A DNA stretch of 64,000 bases from an uncultured bacterium (GCA_964560355.1 CAZLLI010000002.1:3622-67621), one strand, 5' to 3'; counted from the first letter of the stretch, positions 1 through 10,728 are shown. The notes: generated from the letters alone by a model not told the origin. Numbers and translations are program-made.

Positions 1-622
1 TGACTTCGATCACCTTGCCCAAAATCGTGACGTCGTTCGGGTCGACGACGATGGGTTCGAAGCTCGGGTTCTCCGGTTGCAGCACGACGCGCCCGCGATC
101 CTTGCGCAGCGTCTTGACCGTCGCTTCGTCGCCGACCAAGGCGACCACGACGTCGCCGGCGTGGGCGGTCGGTTGCGCGCGCACGACCACGACGTCGCCG
201 GGGAGAATCCCGATGCCCGTCATGCTTTCGCCGCGCACGCGGAGCGCGAAGAGCTGCTCGCTGTCGGCGCGTCGCGTGCCGCGTTGTACCGGCACGACGC
301 CTTCGCGGTCTTCGATGGCGGCTTGCAGTCCGCCGGCTTGAATGTGACCCAAGAGGGGTGCGAAGACGGTCGGGCGTGCGAAGTCGACGCTCGACTCGGG
401 CAGGGAATAGCCGCGTGCGCGCCCTTTGTGCTCGCCGAGCTCTTTGTGCAAGCGTCCTTCGGCGACCAGCTGCTCGAGGTGCGCCTGGGCCGTTTGTACG
501 GCTTTGAATCCGAACCTCGCCTGCACTTCACGAACCGTCGGCGGTTTGCCATCGAGCAGCCGGTCGCGCATGAACTGGTAGATCGATTCCCGGGTTTCGC
601 CTGGAGGAGTCTTGGGAGACAT
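1..622 (-). CDS. lexA: LexA repressor (3' end truncated by window edge; start ATG at 622)
   Basis: Reverse-strand translation gives a winged-helix N-terminus and S24 peptidase core (GESM, VVVAL..G). The C-terminal residues ..DVTILGKVIEV run off position 1. The six-frame track misses it because the stop lies outside the window. Confidence 0.85.
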   Translation of the reverse strand, partial: MSPKTPPGETRESIYQFMRDRLLDGKPPTVREVQARFGFKAVQTAQAHLEQLVAEGRLHKELGEHKGRARGYSLPESSVDFARPTVFAPLLGHIQAGGLQAAIEDREGVVPVQRGTRRADSEQLFALRVRGESMTGIGILPGDVVVVRAQPTAHAGDVVVALVGDEATVKTLRKDRGRVVLQPENPSFEPIVVDPNDVTILGKVIEV

Positions 623-703
623 TTCGGTTCCTTTCCGCTCCGGGCGGGTTATCATCGGCGCGGTCCTATTGCCGCGCCGCCCGTCCGATCAACGAAAGAC
701 AGT

Positions 704-724
704 AAACAGACAATTGTCTTGTTT
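704..724. promoter_or_regulatory. Candidate LexA operator / SOS box (AAACAGACAATTGTCTTGTTT; perfect 12-bp core AGACAATTGTCT at 708-719)
   Basis: AT-rich dyad in an otherwise GC-rich spacer, about 85 bp upstream of the lexA start and about 70 bp upstream of the divergent gene at 794. Confidence 0.45.
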
Positions 725-793
725 GGCAAGAGCCTTTATTTTGGGGTCGTCGAGGCAGGCGAGCCCGAGGGGTTGGGGTAAAGCGGTGGTTCC

Positions 794-1102
794 GTGAAGG
801 CCGGATACGTCTACGTCTGGGAGTTCGTGGTTACGCGCGATCGGGCGCGTGACTTCGAACGGGCCTACGGCGTCGACGGCGATTGGGAGCGCTTGTTTCG
901 GCGCGCCGACGGTTATCTGCGCACCGAGCTGATTCGCGACCGCGGGCGGCCGGAGCGGTATCTCACCATCGACTACTGGGAGTCGAAGGCCGCCTTCGAC
1001 GCGTTTCGATCCCGCTTCGCGCCGGAGTTCGAAGCCCTCGACGCGGCGTGCGCCGCGCTCACGACCCGCGAAACCGAAATCGGCCAGTTCGAGCTCGCAT
1101 GA
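794..1102 (+). CDS. ABM/Dabb-type small stress-responsive or antibiotic-biosynthesis-monooxygenase-like protein (GTG start)
   Basis: 102-aa ORF divergent from lexA. The sequence (YVYVWEF..DYWESKAAFDAF) resembles ferredoxin-fold ABM proteins. Confidence 0.6.
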   Translation: MKAGYVYVWEFVVTRDRARDFERAYGVDGDWERLFRRADGYLRTELIRDRGRPERYLTIDYWESKAAFDAFRSRFAPEFEALDAACAALTTRETEIGQFELA

Positions 1103-1132
1103 TTACCGGCGACCCTGAAACGGAGGCATGAG

Positions 1133-1525
1133 GTGGCGAGCATTTATCAAATCACGCCCTTCCTGCACGTGCGCGACATCGAGCAGGGAATCGATTTCTT
1201 CACGCGCGTGCTGGGCTTCGAGCTGAAATTCCACTTCGACACCTACGCCTATTTCGAGAAGGGCGACGCCGCGCTGCGCATGCTCGAGGAGCCCACGCGA
1301 CCGCTGCCGGTTCCGGGCGACAAGGTGCGCATCACGGTCTACGTCGACGTCGACGACGTCGATTCGTTGTACGAATCGATCCTGCCGGGATTGCAAACGC
1401 TCCCCGCGGGCGACTTCTTGCCGCCCAAGGACACGCCGTACGACCAGCGCGAGGTCCACGTGCGCATGCCCGACGGGCAGTGGCTGTGCTTCGGCGCGCC
1501 CATCGTGAACAAGTGGCATGGCTAG
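1133..1525 (+). CDS. VOC (glyoxalase/bleomycin-resistance) family protein
   Basis: 130 aa with FHVRDIEQGIDFFTRVLGFE, a typical glyoxalase-fold N-terminus. Confidence 0.75.
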   Translation: MASIYQITPFLHVRDIEQGIDFFTRVLGFELKFHFDTYAYFEKGDAALRMLEEPTRPLPVPGDKVRITVYVDVDDVDSLYESILPGLQTLPAGDFLPPKDTPYDQREVHVRMPDGQWLCFGAPIVNKWHG

Positions 1526-2714
1526 CGCGCGCGCGATGACTGCAACCCGCGTCGCCTCGGTCGACCTCATTCGCGGCGCGGTCATGGTGCTGATGGCGAT
1601 CGACCACGTGCGCGTGTTCGCGGGCGTGCCCGCGGGAGGCCCCGACCCCGCGGTCTTCTTCACGCGCTGGATCACGCACTTCTGCGCGCCGGCCTTCATC
1701 TTCCTCGCCGGCACCAGCGCCTTCTTCTACGGACGCACGCACGCGGATCTGTCGCGCTTTCTGGTGACGCGCGGCGTGTGGCTGGTGGTCCTCGAGCTCA
1801 CGTTCATGCGTTTCGCGTGGACGTTCAATTTCGACTACGCGCACTACGAGATGGCGGGTGTAATCTGGGTCATCGGGTGGTGCATGATTCTCATGGCGGC
1901 GATCGCCAAGCTGCCGCTGCGTGCGATCGCGCTGTTCGGGGTCGTCGTAATCGCGGCGCACAATCTGCTCGACGCGCACGCGGGGGCGGTGTTCACGGCC
2001 GCGAACGGTTCGCTCGGGTGGCTGGTGAAGATTCTCTACGTGGGATTCTTCGCGGGTCCCATTTCGGCGGGGGAGAACGGGCCCAATCTCATCGTGCTGT
2101 ATTCGATCGTGCCGTGGGTCGGCGTGATGGCGGCGGGCTACGCGTTCGCTTCCGTGCTCGCGATGGAGCCCGCGCGCCGCGACCGCGTCTGCACCGCGAT
2201 CGGCGTCGGCGCGGTCGCGCTCTTTCTGGTGCTGCGCGGCTTCGACGTCTACGGCGATCCCCATCCGTGGCGCGCGCAGGTGCACGAGGGCGACCCGCCC
2301 ATGCCGGCGCCGCTCGCGTTCCTCAATACCACAAAGTATCCGGCGTCGCTGCTCTTTCTATTGATGACGCTGGGGCCGGCGATCGCGGCGATTCCGGTGC
2401 TCGAGCGCGCGCGCGGCGCGCTGGCGCGCGCGATCACCGTCTTCGGTCGCGTCCCGTTCTTTTTCTACGTGCTCCACATTCCGCTCATCCACGCGCTCGC
2501 GATCGGCGTCTCGCTCGCGCGCACCGGCGCCGTCGACCCGTGGCTGTTCGCGAATCACCCCATGGGCGCGCCGCCTGCGCCCGACGGTTATCGCTGGGGT
2601 CTCCCGCTGTTGTATGCGGTGTGGGCGGTCGCGGTCGTGCTATTGTTCGTCGCGTGCCGGTGGTTCGCGGGTGTGAAGGCGCGCCGTCGCGACCCTTGGC
2701 TTCGCTACCTCTAG
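1518..2714 (+). CDS. DUF1624 / heparan-alpha-glucosaminide N-acetyltransferase-like integral membrane protein
   Basis: 398 aa with multiple TM helices and a MAIDHVRVF motif. Overlaps the upstream gene by 8 nt. Confidence 0.7.
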   Translation: MASARAMTATRVASVDLIRGAVMVLMAIDHVRVFAGVPAGGPDPAVFFTRWITHFCAPAFIFLAGTSAFFYGRTHADLSRFLVTRGVWLVVLELTFMRFAWTFNFDYAHYEMAGVIWVIGWCMILMAAIAKLPLRAIALFGVVVIAAHNLLDAHAGAVFTAANGSLGWLVKILYVGFFAGPISAGENGPNLIVLYSIVPWVGVMAAGYAFASVLAMEPARRDRVCTAIGVGAVALFLVLRGFDVYGDPHPWRAQVHEGDPPMPAPLAFLNTTKYPASLLFLLMTLGPAIAAIPVLERARGALARAITVFGRVPFFFYVLHIPLIHALAIGVSLARTGAVDPWLFANHPMGAPPAPDGYRWGLPLLYAVWAVAVVLLFVACRWFAGVKARRRDPWLRYL

Positions 2715-2724
2715 CGGAGGAATC

Positions 2725-3129
2725 GTGGCCGGATATTCGGGAACCCCGCTCGCGCAGAAGCTCGGCATCAAGGAATCGCACAGCGTGCTGCTCGACGGCG
2801 CGCCCGCGCACGTTCGCGCGCTGCTCGAGCCGCTGCCGAAGTCCGTGCGCTTCGTCTCCAAGCCGTCGGCGTCGACCGACATCGTGCACGTGTTCGGCAC
2901 CAAGAAGTCGGCGCTCGCGCGCGCGCTCGCGAGCTATCGCAAGCGCCTCGGCCCCGACGCCACCGTGTGGGTGTCGTGGCCCAAGAAGGCGTCGAAAGTC
3001 CCGACCGACGTCACCGAGGACGTGATCCGCGCGGTGGCACTCCCGCTCGGATTCGTCGACGTCAAGGTGTGCGCGGTCGACGAAACGTGGTCGGGGTTGA
3101 AGCTCGTCGTGCGCAAGGCCCTCCGCTGA
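2725..3129 (+). CDS. DUF3052-like hypothetical protein
   Basis: 134-aa ORF with GC3-rich codon usage and a conserved-looking core (VWVSWPKK). Confidence 0.6.
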   Translation: MAGYSGTPLAQKLGIKESHSVLLDGAPAHVRALLEPLPKSVRFVSKPSASTDIVHVFGTKKSALARALASYRKRLGPDATVWVSWPKKASKVPTDVTEDVIRAVALPLGFVDVKVCAVDETWSGLKLVVRKALR

Positions 3130-3141
3130 CGAAAGGAAGCC

Positions 3142-3546
3142 ATGGTTCTCTCGCTGCTCGCGGTCACGCTCCTCATCGCGGTGCTGGTGTCGTTCGGCGT
3201 CGCGCGCCTGTTTCGCGGTTCGCTGCGCACGATTCTCAACCGCATCCTGGCGCCGGAACTCGCAGGGGCATGGAACAAGTACATTACGTTCGCGATCTAC
3301 GTGGTGGGGATTTCGGGCGGCGTGCGCATTTGGGAGATCGAAAAGTACATCACGCCGCGCGGCCCCGACGAAGCCCCCATCGTGCTCAACTCCGACCGCT
3401 GGCTCCTGGAGTCGTACCGCACCGTGATCGCGACCTTGCAAAGCACGGCGTGGATGCTGCTGGTGGTGTTCGCGGTGACGCTGATCGCCGTTGTCATCGT
3501 GCGCGGGCAGGAGATGAAGCACGGGAAGCACGCGGGCGGGTCGTGA
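3142..3546 (+). CDS. Small membrane protein (2-3 TM), hypothetical
   Basis: 134 aa with hydrophobic N- and C-terminal helices. Stop overlaps the next start (ATGA). Confidence 0.55.
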   Translation: MVLSLLAVTLLIAVLVSFGVARLFRGSLRTILNRILAPELAGAWNKYITFAIYVVGISGGVRIWEIEKYITPRGPDEAPIVLNSDRWLLESYRTVIATLQSTAWMLLVVFAVTLIAVVIVRGQEMKHGKHAGGS

Positions 3547-4019
3547 TGCACGCGATCGTCCCCGCCGAGAGCGACGAACAATTCGCACGCGCGCGCGTGT
3601 TGTTCGAAGAGTACGCGGCCGCGCTCGGCGTCGACTTGTGCTTCCAAAATTTCGACCAAGAGCTCGCCGACCTGCGCGGCCAGTACGCGCGCCCCGACGG
3701 CTGCCTGCTCCTCGCGACCCACGACGGCGCGCTCGCGGGGTGCGTCGCGCTCCGGCGCTTCGAGGGCGACGTGTGCGAGATGAAGCGGCTCTACGTGCGT
3801 CCCGCCTTTCGCGGGCTGCGCCTCGGTCGCGTGCTGGCGGAGCGGATCATCGACGAGGCGCGACGCCTCGGTTACCGCCGCATGCGCCTCGACACGCTCC
3901 CGTCGATGCGCGAAGCGCAAGCTCTCTACCAATCGCTCGGCTTTCGCGTGACGGACGCGTATCGATTCAACCCCGTCGCGGGGACCGTCTACATGGAGAT
4001 GGAACTCGCGGCTCGCTAG
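3546..4019 (+). CDS. GNAT family N-acetyltransferase
   Basis: Acetyl-CoA binding motif [12 protein letters not shown] at 3546 overlaps the upstream TGA. Start is in frame with the longer ORF 2967-4019 in the track. Confidence 0.8.
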   Translation: MHAIVPAESDEQFARARVLFEEYAAALGVDLCFQNFDQELADLRGQYARPDGCLLLATHDGALAGCVALRRFEGDVCEMKRLYVRPAFRGLRLGRVLAERIIDEARRLGYRRMRLDTLPSMREAQALYQSLGFRVTDAYRFNPVAGTVYMEMELAAR

Positions 4020-4477
4020 CCCGCCGCGCGCGCGTCGCGCGCGCCGCGCATCGACGCCACCGTGTACGCGATCGCGCACGCTCCGTGCCCGCCGATCACG
4101 AGCGCCATGAGGAAGATGTAACCCTCGACGTGCCCGCCCGCCCGGTCGTCTTGCACCATCGACCACGCGCTGTGGACGCTCGCGAAGAGCGCCGCCGCCG
4201 ACATCGCGAGCACGACGATGCGCAGCCATCCCACGCGCGGCTTGACGACGTAGAGCCACGACAGCGCGCTGTAGCTGAACAAGACGAGTGCCGCGACGCG
4301 CCAAAACACGATGCGGTCGGGGTCGTGCGCGGGCAGGATAGCGAAGGTCACGTAGACCAGCCACAGCCCGACGCACGCGGTCGCCATCGAGGCCAACGTG
4401 AGAAGGGCGCGGAACGGACCGGTGGAATGACGCTCCATGTAGCCATGCTGAGCCGCGCGCCGCAAGGCGTCAAGCAT
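4016..4477 (-). CDS. Hypothetical integral membrane protein
   Basis: 153 aa with 4 predicted TM segments. Convergent with the GNAT gene, with a 4-nt stop overlap. Confidence 0.5.
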   Translation of the reverse strand: MLDALRRAAQHGYMERHSTGPFRALLTLASMATACVGLWLVYVTFAILPAHDPDRIVFWRVAALVLFSYSALSWLYVVKPRVGWLRIVVLAMSAAALFASVHSAWSMVQDDRAGGHVEGYIFLMALVIGGHGACAIAYTVASMRGARDARAAG

Positions 4478-4590
4478 GGATATGGTGCGTCGGATTGCTC
4501 CCCTGGTAGAATCCTAGCCGGCGATGGAACTTCGCAGTACCATCGCCCGTAGTTCCGCCAACCCCGCCTCGAGAACCTGAAGGAGATCCG

Positions 4591-6711
4591 ATGAAGACCG
4601 ACGTCATTCGTATGTTGTCGTGCCTCGGCCTCGCGCTCGTGGTCGTACCCACGATCGCCATGGCCCAGGACAATCCCTTCTACCAGACCTACGACACGCC
4701 CTTCGGCGTGCCCACCTTCGACAAGATCAAGCTCGAGCACTACATGCCCGCGTTCGATCGCGGGATCGCCGAGCAGAAGAAGGAAGTGGAGGCGATCCGC
4801 GACAACCCGGACGCGCCCACCTTCGCCAACACGGTCGAAGCGCTGGAGAACAGCGGGCCCCTGCTCACGCGCGTGAGCGACGTCTTCTTCAACTTGAACT
4901 CGGCCGAGACCAACGACGACATGCAGGCGATCGCGCGCGACGTCGCCCCCAAGCTCTCGGCGCTCAACGACGACATCTATCTCGATCCGAAATTGTACGC
5001 GCGCGTCAAGGCGGTCTACGATAAGCGCAGCAAGCTCAAGCTCACGCCCGAACAGATGCGGCTCTTGACCGAGCAGCACAAGGCGTTCGTGCGCGGCGGC
5101 GCCAACCTGAACGACGCCGACAAGAAGACGTTCCGCGAGATCAACGAGCGTCTCTCGGTGCTGGAGCTCAAATTCGGCGAGAACATCCTGGCCGAGGAGA
5201 ACAAGTACAAGCTCGTCCTCGACAACAAGTCGGACCTGGCGGGACTCCCGGACAACGTGGTCGAGGGCGCGGCCGAGGCCGCGACCAAGGCGGGGCTGGA
5301 AGGGAAGTGGGTCTTCACCCTCCATCGCCCCAGCATCGAACCGTTTCTCACCTATTCATCGCGCCGCGACCTGCGCGAAACCATCTACCGCGCGTACTGC
5401 GAGCGCGGCAATCACGGCGACGAGCTCGACAACAAGGAGACGCTGCGCGAGGAGGCGACGCTGCGCGCCAAGCGCGCCCAGCTCCTCGGCTACAAGAGCC
5501 ACGCCGCCTACGAGCTGGAAGACAACATGGCCAAGACGCCCGGCGCCGTGTTCGATCTGCTCGGGCAGTTGTGGACCCCGGCGCTCGCGCGCGCGTCGTC
5601 GGAGCGCGACGCCATGCAGAAGATGATCGACGCCGAGGGCGGCAACTTCAAGCTGGCGTCGTGGGATTGGTGGTACTACGCCGAGAAAGTAAAGAAGCAG
5701 CGCTACGAGTTCGACGATTCCGTGCTGCGCCCGTACTTCGTGCTCGACAACGTGCGCCAGGGCGCCTTCATGGTCGCCAATAAACTGTGGGGCATCACCT
5801 TCGAGGAGCGCTTCGACCTACCCAAGTACAACGACGAAGTGCGCACGTTCGAGGTGAAGGACAAGGACGGCACCCACCTCGCGGTCTATTACGCGGACTA
5901 CCACCCGCGCCCCGGCAAGCGCAACGGCGCGTGGATGAACGAATACCGCCGCCAGTCCAACGTGGGCGGCAAGATGGTGCGGCCCATCGTGGTGAACGTG
6001 TCGAACGTCTCGCGCGCGACCGCCGGCGAGCCCGCGCTCCTGTCGCTCGACGAAGTCGCGACCTTGTTCCACGAGTTCGGGCACGCGCTCCACGGCATGC
6101 TGTCGAACGTGACCTACGGCAGCCTTTCGGGCACCAACGTCGCGCGCGACTACGTCGAAATGCCGTCGCAGGTGTTCGAGAACTGGGCGACGCAGCCCGA
6201 AGTCTTGAAGATGTACGCGAAGCACTACCAGACCGGCGCCACCATCCCCGACGACTTGATCGCCAAGATGAACAACGCGAAGTTGTTCAACCAGGGCTTC
6301 GCCACCGTCGAGTACCTGGCGGCGTCGTACCTCGACATGGACTGGCACACGCAGGCGGGAGAAGCGCCCGCGGACGTGATCGGCTACGAGAAGGCGCGCA
6401 TGGATGCGCTCGGCTTGATTCCGGAGATCGTCCCGCGCTATCGCAGCACCTACTTCCGCCACATCTTCGCGGGCGGATACTCGGCCGGGTACTACAGCTA
6501 CATCTGGGCGGAAGTGGTCGACGCCGACGCCTTCCAGGCCTTCAAGGAGAAGGGGCTGTTCGACCAGGCGACCGCGGAGAAGTTCCGCAAGTACATCCTC
6601 GCGGCCGGGGGCACCGACGACCCCATGGTGCTCTACAAGAAGTTCCGCGGGCGCGCGCCGGAAATCCAGCCGTTGCTCGAGCGCCGCGGGCTGACGTCTA
6701 GCAAGTCGTAG
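4591..6711 (+). CDS. dcp: Peptidyl-dipeptidase Dcp (M3 family zinc metallopeptidase), secreted
   Basis: 706 aa with an HEFGH zinc motif and an N-terminal signal peptide. Length and layout match the M3 family. Confidence 0.9.
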   Translation: MKTDVIRMLSCLGLALVVVPTIAMAQDNPFYQTYDTPFGVPTFDKIKLEHYMPAFDRGIAEQKKEVEAIRDNPDAPTFANTVEALENSGPLLTRVSDVFFNLNSAETNDDMQAIARDVAPKLSALNDDIYLDPKLYARVKAVYDKRSKLKLTPEQMRLLTEQHKAFVRGGANLNDADKKTFREINERLSVLELKFGENILAEENKYKLVLDNKSDLAGLPDNVVEGAAEAATKAGLEGKWVFTLHRPSIEPFLTYSSRRDLRETIYRAYCERGNHGDELDNKETLREEATLRAKRAQLLGYKSHAAYELEDNMAKTPGAVFDLLGQLWTPALARASSERDAMQKMIDAEGGNFKLASWDWWYYAEKVKKQRYEFDDSVLRPYFVLDNVRQGAFMVANKLWGITFEERFDLPKYNDEVRTFEVKDKDGTHLAVYYADYHPRPGKRNGAWMNEYRRQSNVGGKMVRPIVVNVSNVSRATAGEPALLSLDEVATLFHEFGHALHGMLSNVTYGSLSGTNVARDYVEMPSQVFENWATQPEVLKMYAKHYQTGATIPDDLIAKMNNAKLFNQGFATVEYLAASYLDMDWHTQAGEAPADVIGYEKARMDALGLIPEIVPRYRSTYFRHIFAGGYSAGYYSYIWAEVVDADAFQAFKEKGLFDQATAEKFRKYILAAGGTDDPMVLYKKFRGRAPEIQPLLERRGLTSSKS

Positions 6712-6751
6712 TCTGCGCTCCCGGCGGTTCCGACGTCGTCGTTGTGGTATC

Positions 6752-7327
6752 GTGGGCGCGATGACCGACCACTCGTACTCCGGCGACGACGTCGCGAACT
6801 GCCGCGTCATCGAAGTCCACATCGAGGAGTTGAGCCAGCTCTTCGACTCGATGGACCCCTCGCCGTTCCACAAGAGAGACCTCGACCGCAACGCGGCGGC
6901 GTACGTCGTGAGCAGCGCGCAAGACCTGCCCGCGCGCATACGCGTCGCGCTGGTGCTGTACGTCGACACGCCCGCCGGCATCGCCGACGAAGGCCGCGCG
7001 GTCGGCGACGCCGTGCGCGAGTACTTCGCGCGCGAGGCGGCCTACGCGCGCCATCGCCTCAATCAGCTCCTGCGCCGCGGATGGGTCAGCCTCGCGATTG
7101 GGATCGCGTTCCTCGCGGTCGCGTTCACGGCGAGCGCGTTCGTCACCCGCATGGTGGCGGAGACGGTGGTGCCCTTGGTTCGCGAGAGTTTCCTCATCGG
7201 CGGTTGGGTCGCGATGTGGCGGCCGCTGGAGACGTTCCTCTACGACTGGTGGCCGATCGCGGGGGAGCGGCGTCTCTACGACCGCCTGCGCTCGATGCCG
7301 GTACGCATCGTCTACACGAAGCCGTGA
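6752..7327 (+). CDS. Hypothetical membrane protein
   Basis: 191 aa with two hydrophobic helices in the C-terminal half. No recognizable family. Confidence 0.5.
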   Translation: MGAMTDHSYSGDDVANCRVIEVHIEELSQLFDSMDPSPFHKRDLDRNAAAYVVSSAQDLPARIRVALVLYVDTPAGIADEGRAVGDAVREYFAREAAYARHRLNQLLRRGWVSLAIGIAFLAVAFTASAFVTRMVAETVVPLVRESFLIGGWVAMWRPLETFLYDWWPIAGERRLYDRLRSMPVRIVYTKP

Positions 7328-7458
7328 GCCGCCGGGGCTTTCCCGACGGCGCGACTTCGACTATGATCTGCGCCTTGGCCGACGGACGCAGGCGCCGCGC
7401 CGCGTTCCGATTCAACCTCAAATACATCGACGGGAATCCTTCCCGCTAAGGAGTCGAC

Positions 7459-10400
7459 ATGCGCCGTTCGATCGCCGTCCTTGCGTGCATCCTCTTCGTG
7501 GCGTCGCTTTCGGCGCACGCCGCGGAACCGGCCAAAAAGAAAGACGACAAGAAGTGGGACGTCGAAGCGCCGCTCGGCCCCACCAAGACGGTGGACTTCA
7601 CCACCGACGAGGGCACCTGGATGAACCTCGACGTGTCGCCCGACGGCAAGGAGATCGTGTTCGATCTTTTGGGCGACATTTACACCATCCCCATCACGGG
7701 CGGAAAGGCGACGCTGCTCCGCGGCGGCCCCGCCTTCGAGGTGCAGCCGCGCTTCTCGCCCGACGGCGCGCGCATCAGCTACACCTCCGACAAGGACGGC
7801 GCCGATAACATTTGGACCATGAAGCGCGACGGCAGCGACCCCAAGCAAGTCACCAAGGAAGATTTCCGCCTCGTCAACAACGCGGTGTGGACGCCCGACG
7901 GACAGTACCTGGTGGCGAAGAAACACTTCACGAGCACGCGCTCGCTCGGCGCGGGTGAGATGTGGCTCTACCACACCACCGGCGGCGAGGGCCTCCAGCT
8001 CACCAAGCGTCGCAACGACCAGCAGGACGTCGGTGAACCGTGCGTGTCGCGCGACGGCCGCTACGTCTACTTCAGCGAAGACATGAGCCCGGGGCCGTCG
8101 TTCCAGTACAACAAGGACCCCAACGGCGACATCTACGTGATCCGGCGCGTCGACCGCGAGACGGGCGAAGTGATCAACGCCATCACCGGCCCCGGCGGCG
8201 CCGTGCGCCCGCAGGTGTCGCCCGACGGCAAGAGCCTCGCGTACGTGCACCGCATTCGCGCCAAGACGGTCCTGTTCGTGCAGGACCTGGCGAGCGGCGA
8301 GCAGCGCCCGGTCTGGGACGGATTGAGCAAGGACCAAATGGAAACGTGGGCGACGTTCGGCGTGTATCCCAACTACCAGTGGATGCCGGACGGAAAGTCG
8401 ATCGTGGTGTGGGCGAAGGGGAAGATTTGGCGCGTCGACGTCGCGACGCGCGCGGCGACCAACATTCCTTTCGAAGTCCACGCGACGCACGTCGTCAACG
8501 ACGCACTCCGCTTCGCGCAGGATCCCGCGCCGGCGCATTTCGAAGCGAAGATGATTTGCCACGGCGTCACCTCGCCCGACGAAAAGTGGTTTGTGTTCAG
8601 CGCCGTGGGCCACATCTGGAAGAAACAACTCCCGAACGGCACGCCGGTCCGCGTCACCAAGGACGGTTGGTGGGAGTACTGGCCGTCCTTCAGCCCCGAC
8701 GGCAAGTGGCTCGTCTACACGACGTGGGACAACGACGCCGCCGGTTCCATTTATAAGGTGAAGCTCGACGGCGGCGGCAAGAAGAAGCTCACCACGCGCC
8801 CCGGCTTTTACCATTGCCCGTCGTTCTCGCCCGACGGCAAGCGCGTCGTGTTCCGGCGCGGGACCGGCAACGTGATCCTGGGCGTGTCGTACGGGACCGA
8901 GCCCGGGTTGTACTGGATGTCGGCCGACGGCGGCGACGCCACGTTGATTCGCGAAAGCGGCGACCTGCCGCGCTTCGCGAAGGACGGCGAGCGCGTCTAC
9001 TTCGTCGACGACGCCCCCGACAACAAGAGCGCGTTCAAGAGCGTGCGCGTCGACGGCGGCGACGAGCGCGTCATCTTCACCTCGAAGTACGCGACCCAAT
9101 TCGTGCCGAGCCCCGACGAAGAGTGGCTCGCGTTCACCGAGTTGTTCCAGGCCTACGTGGTCCCGTTCCCGAAGACGGGGCGCGAGATCGACTTGAGCGC
9201 CAAGGAGAAGATGTTTCCCATCAAGCAGGTCACGCGCGACGCGGGCAGCTTCCTGCACTGGTCGGCGGACAGCAAGAAGCTGCACTGGACCATCGGGCCC
9301 GAGTACTTCACGCGCGACCTCGCGCACAGCTTCAAGTTCGTGGCGGGCGCGGCCGACTCGATCGCGCCGCCCGATACCAGCGGGCTCGACATCGGCCTCC
9401 AGCTCGACTCCGACGTCCCCACCGGCGTCGTCGCGTTCACCAACGCGCGCATCCTGACCATGAAGGGCGACGAAGTCATCGAAAACGGCACCGTGGTAGT
9501 CGAAAAGAACCGCATCAAGGCGGTGGGCGAAGCGTCCGCGGTGGAGATTCCGCGCGGCGCGCACATCGTCGAGTGCGGCGGCAAGACCATCATGCCGGGG
9601 CTAATCGACGTGCACGCGCACATCGGTCTGCCGTCGATCACGCCCGCGCAAGCGTGGCCGTACTTGGTGAACCTCGCCTTCGGCGTCACCACCACGCACG
9701 ATCCGTCGAATCCGACCGAGATCGTGTTCACGAATTCGGAGATGGTGAAGGCGGGCGAATTGGTGGGTCCGCGCGTGTTCTCGACCGGCACCATCCTGTA
9801 CGGCGCCGACGGCGACTTCAAGGCGGTGATCAATTCGCTGGACGACGCGCGCTCGCACCTGCGCCGCATGAAGGCGGTGGGCGCGTTTTCGGTCAAGAGC
9901 TACAACCAGCCGCGCCGCAACCAGCGCCAGCAAGTGATCAAGGCCGCGCGCGAGCTGCAGATGATGGTGGTGCCGGAGGGCGGTTCGTTCTTCTTCCACA
10001 ACATGTCGATGATCCTGGACGGCCACACCGGCATCGAGCACACGATTCCCATCGCGCCCATCTATAAGGACGTGACCACGCTGTGGGGCGGCAGCAGGAC
10101 CGGTTCGACGCCGACTTTGATCGTGGGTTACGGCGGCCTGTGGGGCGAGGAGTACTGGTACCAGAAGACCAACGTGTGGGAGAACCAGCGCCTGCTCACC
10201 TTCACGCCGCGCGCGGTGATCGACGAGCGCTCGCGGCGCCGCACCATGTCGCCCGAGGACGAATTCAACCACATCGCGCTGGCGAAGAATTGCAAGCAGC
10301 TCCACGACGCCGGCGTCAGCGTCCAGCTCGGCGCCCACGGGCAGCTACAGGGACTCGGCGCGCACTGGGAGCTGTGGATGTTCACGCAAGGCGGCATGTC

Positions 10401-10728
10401 GAACATGGAAGCGCTCCACGCCGCGACGTCGAACGGCGCGTGGTACATCGGCATGGACAAGGACCTGGGGTCGCTGGAGCCGGGCAAGCTCGCGGACTTG
10501 ATCGTGCTCGACAAGAATCCGCTCGACGACATCCGCAACAGCGAGAGCATCGTGTACACGATGGCGAACGGCCACCTGTACGACGCGCACACCATGGACG
10601 AAGTCGGCAACCACCCGAAGAAGCGGCTGCCGTTCTACTGGGAGAAGCCGGGTGCCAGCGAAGCGTTCGTGTGGCAGAGCGAAGCCACCGGTTACATGCC
10701 GGGTGGCTGCGGCTGCTTCGCGCACTAG
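7459..10728 (+). CDS. TolB-like (PD40) beta-propeller fused to a metal-dependent amidohydrolase domain, secreted
   Basis: 1089 aa. Signal peptide and repeated FSPDGK PD40-like blades occupy the N-terminal 650 aa. The C-terminal amidohydrolase fold has IDVHAHIG and LDGHTGIEH motifs. Confidence 0.85.
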   Translation: MRRSIAVLACILFVASLSAHAAEPAKKKDDKKWDVEAPLGPTKTVDFTTDEGTWMNLDVSPDGKEIVFDLLGDIYTIPITGGKATLLRGGPAFEVQPRFSPDGARISYTSDKDGADNIWTMKRDGSDPKQVTKEDFRLVNNAVWTPDGQYLVAKKHFTSTRSLGAGEMWLYHTTGGEGLQLTKRRNDQQDVGEPCVSRDGRYVYFSEDMSPGPSFQYNKDPNGDIYVIRRVDRETGEVINAITGPGGAVRPQVSPDGKSLAYVHRIRAKTVLFVQDLASGEQRPVWDGLSKDQMETWATFGVYPNYQWMPDGKSIVVWAKGKIWRVDVATRAATNIPFEVHATHVVNDALRFAQDPAPAHFEAKMICHGVTSPDEKWFVFSAVGHIWKKQLPNGTPVRVTKDGWWEYWPSFSPDGKWLVYTTWDNDAAGSIYKVKLDGGGKKKLTTRPGFYHCPSFSPDGKRVVFRRGTGNVILGVSYGTEPGLYWMSADGGDATLIRESGDLPRFAKDGERVYFVDDAPDNKSAFKSVRVDGGDERVIFTSKYATQFVPSPDEEWLAFTELFQAYVVPFPKTGREIDLSAKEKMFPIKQVTRDAGSFLHWSADSKKLHWTIGPEYFTRDLAHSFKFVAGAADSIAPPDTSGLDIGLQLDSDVPTGVVAFTNARILTMKGDEVIENGTVVVEKNRIKAVGEASAVEIPRGAHIVECGGKTIMPGLIDVHAHIGLPSITPAQAWPYLVNLAFGVTTTHDPSNPTEIVFTNSEMVKAGELVGPRVFSTGTILYGADGDFKAVINSLDDARSHLRRMKAVGAFSVKSYNQPRRNQRQQVIKAARELQMMVVPEGGSFFFHNMSMILDGHTGIEHTIPIAPIYKDVTTLWGGSRTGSTPTLIVGYGGLWGEEYWYQKTNVWENQRLLTFTPRAVIDERSRRRTMSPEDEFNHIALAKNCKQLHDAGVSVQLGAHGQLQGLGAHWELWMFTQGGMSNMEALHAATSNGAWYIGMDKDLGSLEPGKLADLIVLDKNPLDDIRNSESIVYTMANGHLYDAHTMDEVGNHPKKRLPFYWEKPGASEAFVWQSEATGYMPGGCGCFAH

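Noticed and set aside
1332-3588. Long minus-strand ORFs (1332-2285, 2485-3588) overlapping plus-strand genes
   Set aside because: Translations are Arg/Ala/Pro/Gly-rich low-complexity strings typical of antisense frames in high-GC DNA. They overlap well-supported plus-strand genes (acyltransferase-like, DUF3052, GNAT).
7312-9564. 750-aa minus-strand ORF antisense to the PD40-amidohydrolase gene
   Set aside because: No domain-like sequence, extreme Arg/Ala/Gly bias and entirely embedded in a confident plus-strand gene.
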